This document shows positions 10,401 through 19,049 of a DNA stretch of 30,132 nt, piece by piece (position 1 is the stretch's first letter; each line of letters begins with the position of its first letter). The notes beneath the pieces were generated by a model. It searched no databases. It worked only from the letters and a program-made list of their open reading frames with translations, and was not told the origin of the DNA. The DNA is from Ginkgo biloba (taxonomy: Eukaryota; Plantae; Ginkgophyta): positions 95,619,108 to 95,649,239 of the forward strand of contig JANKJI020000004.1 of NCBI GenBank assembly GCA_024626585.2. Direction: 5' to 3'. The translations under genes and the position numbers were made by a program.

Positions 10401-13400
10401 GTTTTCTAATGACCCCTAACACCTATATATGTACTATATAATTATCGATCTAAGATATTATAGAATAGAGAGGGAAGAAGTCATGGATGTAATTCTTAGG
10501 GAATTCCTAGGTTTAGGACTTTCCCTCATCTAATAGAATCTTTGTTCTCATTATTGTGCATTTCTAGTGAATGGTTAGGTGAGTTATCCTCCTATTGGCA
10601 AACCATAGCCAACATAATTCATCAAAAAATTATTTCCTAATTCGATTATTTGGGCATCCAAAATGTCAAGAGTCTCTTAGTAGTGTTTTAGAAAAAGGAA
10701 TTCTAAAGGACATAATAGAAAAAAGAGGAGGACAGAGGATAAACTAGAGAACATGAAAGAAGAATAGAAGAAGAAAGGAGATGAATTTTATTATTATATT
10801 GAGAAGAATCAATCTCCCCTTTTATAAAATAATATAATCTATATAATTTATTGAGACACTTAGGATGAGGAGGAAAGAGCCACTTGAAGACAAGTAGGAT
10901 AAAGCCACTAAGAGTAGAGTAGGTAAAATCCACTCAACCAAGAGGAGGATANNNNNNNNNNNNNNNNNNNNNNNNNNNNNNNNNNNNNNNNNNNNNNNNN
11001 NNNNNNNNNNNNNNNNNNNNNNNNNNNNNNNNNNNNNNNNNNNNNNNNNNNTTATGGGCGTGCTTTTGTATGGGCTAGGGTTAAAATGTACTTGGTTGGA
11101 TTGTATAACTATTAGGTTGAAATGATACCCATTATTTTGTTAGCCATACGGGTTGAAAGACGCCCATGGTGACTTTCAAGTGGAAAGAATGCTTACTGTA
11201 CGATTAGTCATCTGGTACTATAAATTAATATAAATGGGTTGAAAGGATACCCATAGGAAGGCGCCATAATTTAATTTAATTAAATATTGCTATTCAAGGG
11301 TGGAGTCTTTTCGGGATTTCTAATGCCAAAAAGGGTTGAAATGATATCTATGGCTTGACACCCTTATTGACATTGGTTGAAGAGATGGACTTTAGCATAG
11401 CAATCATAGCTAGTGGGTGTTGATGATGCACATGAAGATGTCACCAAAGTTTTGGGTGCTAGTGCAAGAAGCCCTTAAAGTCATCCCCACGGTCAATAAT
11501 GGATGTTATTTCTCCATGTCATTGTCCCTTAGCTTTAGCAACCTTATCTATGTACCTTATGATGCGTGCATGAGTATATTATATGTGCTAATGCTGGATG
11601 TGTGCATGTTGGAGCATGTTTGTGTTGTAGGTATAGGGTAGTGAGTTGTAAATATTGTGAAATATCAATCCTTTATGTGTATGTCTAAAGTGTATCGGTT
11701 GCAATGTAGACCTCATTTTGCTTTTGTGCATTTTTGAGGAAATATGTTTGGATTCATTTTTCTTATATGTTTGCTTCTTCTTATTCTGTTATGCTTATTT
11801 TGTATTTTGCTTGCGATTTCTTGTTCTTGAATTTCTCCTTTTTGTCTATGTTTTTAAGGTGATTTTTTTCCTCCTTATTTTGACCTAGATTTCTTATTTA
11901 TAGTAAGGACTCTAATCACCTATATGGGCTTACTAATTCAAGCAACCAAACCTTTGGTAAAGAACAAGATAACTGTTAATCCCTAGTAGCTATGACCGAT
12001 CTGCTAGATTCTGCGTCACAACCTTGCATTAGCAAGGGTGCCAGGCACAAGTCTATTTCAACCCATCGTCAGCACTAGGATAACCCTATAAAGATACAAT
12101 ATGCATCCCTACTAGCAGTTTATATTGATTTTTGGTTTCAAACCCTAGGGTTACAACAACAAACCCTAGACCAGAAAACAATAGGCCAAACCCTTATGGC
12201 TACGACAATAGTCTACATAGACTCATGGCTGCAACAATAAACCATAATCCCTATAGCTATATTGATAGACTATAGCCTGTAGCTACAACAACAGATTGAA
12301 ACCCTATGGTTGCAACAATAGACCATAGAAAATCGGTAAGAGGATAAGCAAGAGCACCAACTCAGTTCTCTTAGGGAAAGGCAAATTCATACTGCAAGTA
12401 AGCCCAANNNNNNNNNNNNNNNNNNNNNNNNNNNNNNNNNNNNNNNNNNNNNNNNNNNNNNNNNNNNNNNNNNNNNNNNNNNNNNNNNNNNNNNNNNNNN
12501 NNNNNNNGATTGGGTGCCTAGATATGTTCTTGAAAGAACAATTACACTAAGCCTCTCTACAAATCCTTTCAATATTATACTTCATTTATTTTCTCCCATT
12601 GAGTGTACCATTGATATGGGATTTCGTGTAGTGTGGATGCAAGTGCATTTATCCTGGTCATATTGATTTTTTCTCCAGTTTAAATCCAGTGTTTGAATCA
12701 TCATAGTAGTCAATGATTCTTGAAAAGTATTGCAAATAAAGTTTAGTTTTAATCGAATGAACTTATGTGGAACATAATGAACTTTTTATCTTCAATTGTT
12801 GGATCCTGACTTCTATTCTCTATTTGTTTGAATGGTGTGAACAGATTGGGACAGGTTGGGCAAACTGGTCTTTCAAGAGTCAATTTTGGTAGTTTGGACT
12901 TTGATGCAAGGCCTCTTCAAGTTGGTGGTTCCTGTTCTCTGTCTTCTGTTAATACTCATGTCCATATTGTTAGAGAACCTTCTCCATTGCCAGTTCTTGC
13001 TTATGTAGAAAACTTGCCTGCTGGACTGGATGCGGTGTCCCATGTTTCTCATTTCAATGTTGCTGATTCAAGACTTGGGCCTGCTAAATCCTCACAATAT
13101 GTCATGTCCCGATCTATGAGTCCTCAGTATGTACAAATTGTAAGTTTCTGAGAGTTGCCCTTGCCCACATTTTTAAATTGACATTTTTCATGCTTGCTTG
13201 TACAATGTATGCATGTGCTGGATGTGGCATTTACAAGGTTCCAGAAAGTTGGTGATTTGTTGTGCGATTCATTTTCAATGGTGAGACTTGGTGTGGAAGC
13301 CTTCTATCCATGAGAATAATGGATGATTTATTGGGATCTTATTTGCAGTCATCAAATATGATGGAAGATTTCTTGAAACTTGCCAAATCAAACACGGAGA

Positions 13401-13876
13401 AAAACCTCGAAACATGTGGTGTTCTTGCAGGTTCACTTGTAAGCTTATGAAACCATTTTCTCAACTAGAGTGTTATAATCTGCCTATATGTAAAATATTT
13501 TCTTATGCATATGCATTGGGCTTCAAGAGGTTAAAATATTATTTTGTGTTGCTTTCTCCATTGGCAGAAAAAGGGAACATTTTATGTTACGACTCTTATA
13601 ATTCCAAAACAGGAGTCAACTTCTGATTCAGTAACTTGTGATATATCATGCGTATGGTATCCTTTGGGAGTTCTATGCATCATAATTTTCCCCTAGAACA
13701 GTTCTAGATTATGTGTAGCTTGAAGCTAACATGCATAACTAAGCTGCTCTACAAAAATGTAGAATGCAACTAATTTATATTATTGATGTATTGTGTGACA
13801 GTGTCAGACAATGAATGAGGAAGAAATATATGCTGTGCAGGAGGAATGTTCTCTTCTACCTCTTGGATGGATTCAT
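1344..13876 (+). CDS. AMSH: AMSH-like ubiquitin thioesterase (JAMM/MPN+ deubiquitinase with N-terminal MIT/USP8-dimerisation domain); partial gene span, 3' exons not seen
   Basis: Eight clear GT-AG exons plus two candidates join in compatible phases, apart from one frame offset across a 14-N run in exon 4. They translate to recognisable plant AMSH sequence: YRIADNLLEQ / ARLYREEKNVIDLYIILLRFS / RLREVVTELDALKPE / PSPLPVLA / NTEKNLETCGVLAGSL / FYVTTLIIPKQESTSDS / CQTMNEEEI...LGWIH. Confidence 0.93.
1661..1725 (+). CDS. AMSH: AMSH exon 2 (ARLYREEKNVIDLYIILLRFS)
   Basis: TCAG|GCG acceptor, AG|GTATT donor, phase 0 to 2. Strong match to AMSH3-type ASIYREEKNVVDLYIMLLRYS. Confidence 0.93.
2447..2522 (+). 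CDS. AMSH: AMSH exon 3 (SLVSKIIPQHQDYPSFVTKEKFGYLK)
   Basis: TTTTTCAG|T acceptor, AAG|GTAATA donor, phase 2 to 0. Matches SLxSETIPxHRDY. Confidence 0.9.
2792..2993 (+). CDS. AMSH: AMSH exon 4 (RLREVVTELDALKPEVQTQV-gap-NYAYQND...SISCDWPAQKDQVLPMYDSRK)
   Basis: TAATAG|AGA acceptor, AAG|GTATTA donor. RLRxVxxELxxLKPE and xWP motifs present. The frames either side of the 14-N run (2851-2864) differ by 1 nt. Confidence 0.82.
3130..3168 (+). CDS. AMSH: Probable start of AMSH exon 5 (GYENTGKTSTIQN...), running into the N-run 3169-3635
   Basis: CTAAT branch-point-like motif at about 3104, CAACAG|GGA acceptor, phase 0 as exon 4 requires, open until the gap. No conserved motif is visible. Confidence 0.5.
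5040..7324 (+). mobile_element. Decayed Ty3/gypsy chromovirus internal region (gag, start of RT, integrase, GPY/F region, chromodomain)
   Basis: Gag-like PIEVEDWLLKLE and VVQFLEGEA (5060-5190). YRHP at the RT start (about 6300). Integrase SDQDTK..HLWK..F and PQMEGQIERINEIMEDMLR..LPFVKFTYNN. KLSRRYCRPFQV..YKLQL..IHIVFHV. Chromodomain-like PTRILD..EWS. Most of RT/RNaseH may sit in the 100-N gap 6315-6414. The 5' LTR may be at about 3990-4400 (not verified). Confidence 0.88.
7325..7634 (+). repeat. 5' LTR
   Basis: Starts TGTTGGAC, ends ATCAACA. Shares tgtgcat..gtgaatggtt and ttatcYtcctRttgg with 10322-10614. Partly N. Confidence 0.72.
7637..7659 (+). promoter_or_regulatory. Decayed primer-binding site, tRNA-Asp type
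   Basis: TGGCGTTGTTGTCCGTGTTCGAA begins after a 2-nt spacer following the LTR end. It matches the plant tRNA-Asp complement TGGCGCCGTTGCCGGGGATCGAA (recalled) at 17/23 positions; three of the differences are C>T. Confidence 0.6.
7719..8255 (+). pseudogene. CLPX: Processed fragment of plant ClpX (AAA+ Clp protease ATP-binding subunit), C-terminal half
   Basis: One frame from ATG 7719: ...[53 protein letters not shown]...TSSLLES..SSDLVAYGLIPKFLG/GALWQIAQNAMAKNTGIRGLCSILD...KILRGEDALE. This matches plant ClpX [62 protein letters not shown]. A single TAG at 7797. Confidence 0.9.
8411..8790 (+). repeat. Degenerate array of about 15 copies of a (c/t)RTYGGAGG-like motif
   Basis: ctattggagg, ccgttggaga, ccatcggaag, tcgtcggagg, atgtcggagg, ccattggagg, ctgttggagt, ttgtcagagg, gcatcggagg, ttgttggagg and others, mostly 15-45 bp apart. 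Confidence 0.55.
10309..10321 (+). promoter_or_regulatory. Polypurine tract
   Basis: AGGTGTGGGGGAG immediately before TGTTGG at 10322, preceded by CTCAAGACGAG. Confidence 0.7.
10322..10614 (+). repeat. 3' LTR
   Basis: TGTTGGAC...AGCCAACA, internal TATA-like tatata, diverged homology to 7325-7634. Confidence 0.7.
11078..11390 (+). repeat. Dispersed repeats of about 19 bp (GGGTTGAAAnGATACCCAT) with variable spacers
   Basis: Clear copies near 11114, 11150, 11236 and 11333; weaker ones near 11078 and 11375. Confidence 0.55.
12140..12330 (+). repeat. Degenerate tandem repeat of about 28-30 bp (AACCCTATGGCTGCAACAATAGACC-like)
   Basis: About 6 imperfect copies, e.g. aaaccctagggttacaacaac, cccttatggctacgacaatag, accctatggttgcaacaatagacc. 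Confidence 0.6.
12644..12690 (+). CDS. AMSH: Candidate 47-nt AMSH micro-exon (CIYPGHIDFFSSLNPV)
   Basis: YPGHIDF resembles AMSH1 YPSNIDF. CAAG| acceptor and |GTTTGA donor give the phase-2 end needed by the 12845 exon. Splice sites are weak. Confidence 0.45.
12845..13139 (+). CDS. AMSH: AMSH linker exon (LGQVGQ...REPSPLPVLAYVENLP...VADSRLGPAK...PQYVQI)
   Basis: ACAG|A acceptor (phase 2), ATT|GTAAGT donor. PSPxPVLA and VADxRxGPA are plant AMSH motifs. Confidence 0.88.
13349..13438 (+). CDS. AMSH: AMSH MPN exon (SSNMMEDFLKLAKSNTEKNLETCGVLAGSL) with the catalytic Glu
   Basis: TTTGCAG| acceptor, |GTAAGC donor, 90 nt. ETCG motif of JAMM deubiquitinases. Confidence 0.96.
13568..13630 (+). CDS. AMSH: AMSH MPN exon (KKGTFYVTTLIIPKQESTSDS)
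   Basis: GGCAG| acceptor, |GTAACT donor, 63 nt. LIIPKQESTSDS is conserved. Confidence 0.96.
13802..13876 (+). CDS. AMSH: AMSH MPN exon (CQTMNEEEIYAVQEECSLLPLGWIH) ending in the first JAMM His
   Basis: GACAG| acceptor, CAT|GTAAGT donor, 75 nt. LGWIH motif. Confidence 0.96.
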
Positions 13877-15165
13877 GTAAGTAGAGTCTGAGCTCTAATT
13901 GACTTGTTTTTCTTGTGGTCCTCTGCAATCTTTGCTGGAGCATATTCACGGCTGTATTTTTGACAGTAAATGTTTTGAAATCCATAATTTTTTTCTTTTT
14001 TAATGTCGTTACAGTTGTCTATATGTCTTCTTTTGTCTCACAACGTATATCTCTGTCTCTCTCTTTCATACAGAGATCATTTTCTCAATTTCACCCCTGG
14101 CTGTATTCCATTTGGAGAACTTCCGGAAGGGTATAAGAGTGTTTCCAAAATGGCAGCTTATATTGATATCTTTGATTACTGTAGTAGCTCAACCTCAAAA
14201 TATTATGTGCCAGAGGTGCTTACAAAAGTATTTCCTTGACCCAGACACTTTGTTGTGAAGGGTGTGATTCATTTAAATGTAAATATTACTTACAACACAA
14301 AAAAATAGGTGGCTAAAGGCACTCTATCAGCACTCTTAAGTGCAAACTGTTTCTATTCAGGTGAGTCAGGTGTACAACACAAAAATTGACGTCCACTGAC
14401 AAATAACACGTACTTATAAAAAATCACATAACATAACAGGCCTTTAAAATTCATCTTTATTCAACACCAACACACACCCAGCAAACAACACGCATACAGA
14501 AGGATTTGGGTGACATGATCCTTGCTTGTCCTATGAAAAACTTGGGAAATTGGCATCAATAAAAGGATATGTCAAGGCCGAAGCAATTTAGGACATTCCC
14601 CAAATGGGATGTTGTGGGAGGCCATTCAAGAAATATACCATGCCAACCCTGTTGGTCTTCTGCAAGTTTATTGGAACTGTTTCAGCCTGAAATATGGTAA
14701 AAGCATAGTTGTAGGAAAAAGGCACAACTGTCGTTACAAACTGTGGCATGTTTGCCAAGTGCATTTTCAGTGTCATAAACCATGAGAAATGGGCGTTGTA
14801 GCCTTGCAAATCCAAACATGGATTGGCAGTGGACAAATGAGGCCCTGGATTGACTGTATAAAAGATTGAAACAAGGAAATTTAAGGAAAAGGCACAAACT
14901 AGGGGGATTGCTTCCCTCGCCCTGTTTGTTTGAGAATTTCCTTGATGATAAATTGATAATTGACTTTTACAACAGAAAACTACCTTGCTTGACTTTAACT
15001 ATTCATGCTTGAGGGCTTCAAGAAGGCTCCTTTGTAATGTTGCCTATTCCCAAGTGCAAAGGAATNNNNNNNNNNNNNNNNNNNNNNNNNNNNNNNNNNN
15101 NNNNNNNNNNNNNNNNNNNNNNNNNNNNNNNNNNNNNNNNNNNNNNNNNNNNNNNNNNNNNNNNN

Positions 15166-15683
15166 GTCTTGACTTGCTCAAAATATATCAAGAAGCCATA
15201 GGCCTTACCATTGGTAAAGGCAACATCAGATTTATCCATAAGCCAAGAGATCTTGAAAAACTTGCCAACAAGAAAAACTATTACTTTGTTGAATCTCTCT
15301 TACAAGACCCTAGCCCAAGTGATGGCAAGGAGAAGTAAGAACCTCTTCCTACCTATAGTCATGCCTAAGCAAACTTAGTTCATCAAAAGAAAATATATAT
15401 TGCCAAATATGACTGTTGCTTGGGACGACGTGGAGAAGGAAAGAAGCACTGCATTGGACTCCCTTTTATCAAAGTCTACTTTAAAAAAGTCTATGATTAA
15501 ATTGAATGACTTTTTTATCATAGGAATGTTGATGGTTTAAGCTTTGGGGAGCTCTTCATCAAAGTCATTAAAACCCCTTTTGCAGATGCCTTGACCTACT
15601 TGGCCATCAATGGGGCTAGGATTGAAGCTATCGGGCTGTTCAAATCTATTTGGCAAGGATACATGTTAACCATTGATTTGTGT
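15166..15683 (+). mobile_element. Decayed L1-clade LINE reverse transcriptase (probably extends upstream to about 14500)
   Basis: Collinear frameshifted motifs: LLKIYQEA..KGNIRFIHK, LLNLSYKTLAQVMARR, PIVMPKQT*FIKRKYIL, FIKVYFKKVYD*IE* (= KxDFxKAYDxxxW), NVDG, FADALTYL, VNH*FV. Confidence 0.85.
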
Positions 15684-15710
15684 NNNNNNNNNNAGAGCAC
15701 CCTTAGATAA

Positions 15711-17080
15711 TGTAGGATGAGCTAGGGGACTCAGACGACGAAGGGGAACTCTTGGATGACAAACAACAACCAAAAGTCAGAGAGTTATCTGACGACCCTT
15801 AGATGGGATTTGAGGATTATACATTAGTAGCATAGTGACTAGCATATTATTGTATAAGGAGTTATCATTGGGGTTCAGTGCATCAATCGTCCTCAACGAA
15901 CACTCGTTGCTTGTACAGGGTTTCCCATCACAGAGGGCCCCCTATTATTTTCTGGAGATAGCATTAGCATAACATGGGCTTGGTCATCATACTACTCTCC
16001 ATCTGATCTCTTTGGATGATCTAGTTGTACATTATTTTCCCCGATTAACGTGAAGCTTTTGTTATTGCATATCTCTGTTGTCTTGATTCTTTGTGCAATT
16101 TGTCTAGTGTACATAGAATGGTATTTGGAATTTCTCCAATCTCACTGTTCATTTAGGCTCGTAACCTAAAATTAGTATTCAACATCTGGCATTGTTTTCG
16201 GTCTAACTAGACATAGGAGATCCCTAATTTTCCCAATCACGGGCAGTGATAACGGCCTTGATGGAGATTGGTGGAACATTGGTAGAAAATTTATACGTTA
16301 TTGGTCAAAATTTGATGGGCATTCCTATTCCTCTCCACCAATAGTGCAACGTACGCCATGTTGAAGAAGTTGAAACCTGTGAGCTTTGGAACCAACTTGT
16401 TGAAGATTACATTTTGGAATAAACCTAGAACAAATGTGTGACGATTAAACACTATCTGTGGGACGATTAGACATAATGTGTGAGACAAATGGATACTATC
16501 TCTAAAACGAATGGACACTATTTGTGAGACAAACGAACAAACACTATTTTTGAGACAAAGGAACAGTGTCTGTGAAACGAACGAACACTTTCTATGAGAT
16601 GAATGAACACTGTGTATGAAACAAATGGACACTGATTTTAAAAAATAGTTAATTACAAGAAAAAAACAAATAACCACAAATAGTAGTGATTGTTGGAAAA
16701 ATTCTAAGTTGAGATAATTCTAAAAAGATCTAGAAATATGACAACTACTATAGTTCAAATTATCTTAGGTAGCTACCGAAACTAATGATGGGACACTCTC
16801 CCATAGATTTTCCTTAGAGACATTGTTCCATCACTTCCCTTCATGACAAAATTTTGCCATCGAGGCTAGCATCGTCGAAAATTCTATTATATAAGACCAT
16901 GATTTGCAAAATTCATGACATGAGTGCCAACACGGATGGTAGTACAGAAGGAACTAGTTAGTGAAGAATTGATTATACTTGCAAATGATTGTTAGAAATG
17001 GGCACTAAAGCACCAATCAACTTTGATATTAAAGTCTACTGCTGGAAAATGGGTGTTGAGGCGCTAATCGACTCTGATAT
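15711..17080 (+). mobile_element. Truncated gypsy-like element: putative LTR 15711-16113, weak PBS, internal region with protease remnant
   Basis: TGTAGG...GTGTACA, then TGGTATTTGGA (weak Met-PBS-like). VEALIDSD at 17054-17077 resembles the retroviral protease ALIDSG motif. It is cut by the next insertion. Confidence 0.45.
16434..16633 (+). repeat. Degenerate tandem repeat of about 22 bp (ACACTATCTGTGAGACAAATGG), about 9 copies
   Basis: Periodic acacta/acagtg..tgaRac..atgg/acga units. Confidence 0.7.
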
Positions 17081-17945
17081 TGTAGTCCTTAGAGGGGACC
17101 AAGCTCCATTATTCTTAGGTGGATCACTTCCAAGCCTTGAGGCCACACACAAATCTTCTCTTTGCCTCCCAATTAGTTCTACATGGCTCCCTTTTACACT
17201 CTTTCCNNNNNNNNNNNNNNNNNNNNNAGAAAGCTACTTTATTTGTTTCTTCTTGTTTTATTCCCTCTTTTCAGAAGTGCACAAAGCAGTGCTTTATTCC
17301 AAACTTTATTTATGAAGTCAACTACTATTTTATTCCTTCCTAATCCTGTCTTCCATGATGGTGCCACCTTTACCCAACAAAAATCAGATGGATCTTAGTT
17401 GAATTTAAATTATACTTATGTTATCTAATGGGCCATTAGGTCTCAAGGGCTCATAACATCACCCCCCATCCTGAAGATGCTTTGCCCTCAAACCATGCAA
17501 TGTGAAAGATGGATACCTCTTGAATATGTCATCATATTCCCATGGTGCATCTTTTACAAGTAGATTTCTCCATTTGGTTAGGTATTCAGTCCTTGATTTA
17601 TTTCTTAAGATTTTGTCCCTGAACTCTAGTATTGCTTTCGGTACCAAAATCAGCTTACCTTCTTCATCCAATGGCAACGACTCCATTTGTCCCACTACAT
17701 TCTGTCCTAATTTTTCTTTTAAGCATGACACATGGAATGCATTATGCACCTTAGTAGTTATAAGCATCTCGAGAGCATAGGTTACATCATTAATTTTCTT
17801 AGCAATCTTCTAGGGTCCATAAGACCTAGCAAACAACTTCTCCTTACCTCCTTTCTTCAATGATGATTGTTTATATGGCTACAAATGTACAAATACCCAA
17901 TGATTCATATTAAAAACTCTCTTTGTTCTCTACTAATCTGTAACA
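17081..17945 (-). mobile_element. 3' end of a Ty3/gypsy chromovirus: integrase C-terminus, chromodomain, PPT, 3' LTR (17081-17458)
   Basis: Minus strand PYKQSSLKK..EKLFARSYGP..VHNAFHVSCLK..PLDEEGKLILVPKAILE..EYLTKWRNL..DAPWE. PPT GGATGGGGGGTGA abuts TGTTATGA...GACTACA. Confidence 0.9.
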
Positions 17946-19049
17946 GCCTTGCCTTAAGCCTATAACTATAGTTAGCAATTTACATAGAAATCATTATCAT
18001 CAATACATNNNNNNNNNNNNNNNNNNNNNNNNNNNNNNNNNNNNNNNNNNNNNNNNNNNNNNNNNNNNNNNNNNNNNNNNNNNNNNNNNNNNNNNNNNNN
18101 NNNNNNNNGGATAACTATTTATATGATATATCCTTAACTCCTTTATTAATCTCTACACTACCCTATGTAGGAAGTGGATATCTCTATCACTAATAATCTC
18201 TATTGGACATTTATAGTTTGTTATAATGTTATAACAAAAGAAAAATGGCAACTTAGTTGATTTTATATAATAAGAGACCACTTATGACTCTTGGATAGGA
18301 TCCTAAGGCAATGTTTAAGGTCAAATATATAAATACGATGTGTTAAAGCATATTCATGTAATTATTTTATCACAATTAATAAAATCAGCCTACTAACCTC
18401 TATTTGTGGAAGTCTTTATTAATTAGAGCACATCTATGGCATCGATCTTAATAAACATAGCCGCTAAAATCCTCCTTTTACTAGAATGATCAACTCCCTA
18501 ATTAATAATTTCTTCAAAGATAATTGTTTTCTCAAAAACACCTTCACCTATAATCTGTGTAGGGTTCGCAAATTTGTGAATGTACTATAATTTTTACAAT
18601 GCTTATTACAAGGATATAGAGTACACCACATTCAGAAGTACATCATGCAAGTGCAATAAGTAATTCATCATAAATACAGGAGGTGGCCCTTACACATGCC
18701 CTAGACATAAACAATGCCTTACAACCAATAAGCATATCATATTTCTAGTTCTAAGCCCTTATAAATTTTGTCCTAAACATGCGCAATAGAAATTCTAAGA
18801 CCTCCAAAACAAGATTTAATTTTGGAATGGAGGAGGAAATTCAAGGTTAAAAACACTGTATAGAAACTCTCTCTTTGTAGGAAAAATTTGATGCTTCTTA
18901 CAATAAACTGATCTATCTCGTGACTGATATTTAAGTTAGCAACCCACACTCTTTTAAGAATGCATATCTATGCCTAGGTAATAGACTAAGTTGTTCCTTG
19001 TATAATAATGATGATAATATAACCATAATGTGTCAATTAAGTAATTTTA

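Larger units (their letters stand above)
7325..10614 (+). mobile_element. Non-autonomous LTR retroelement (LTR-PBS-cargo-PPT-LTR) carrying a ClpX fragment
   Basis: Two TGTTGG...CAACA repeats of about 300 bp, a PBS after the first and a PPT before the second. No gag/pol motifs recognised inside. No TSD found. Confidence 0.7.

Noticed and set aside
12140-12170. AAACCCTAG copies as telomeric repeat or telo-box promoter
   Set aside because: Isolated copies within a longer degenerate tandem unit, not an AAACCCT array; no evidence of a start site.
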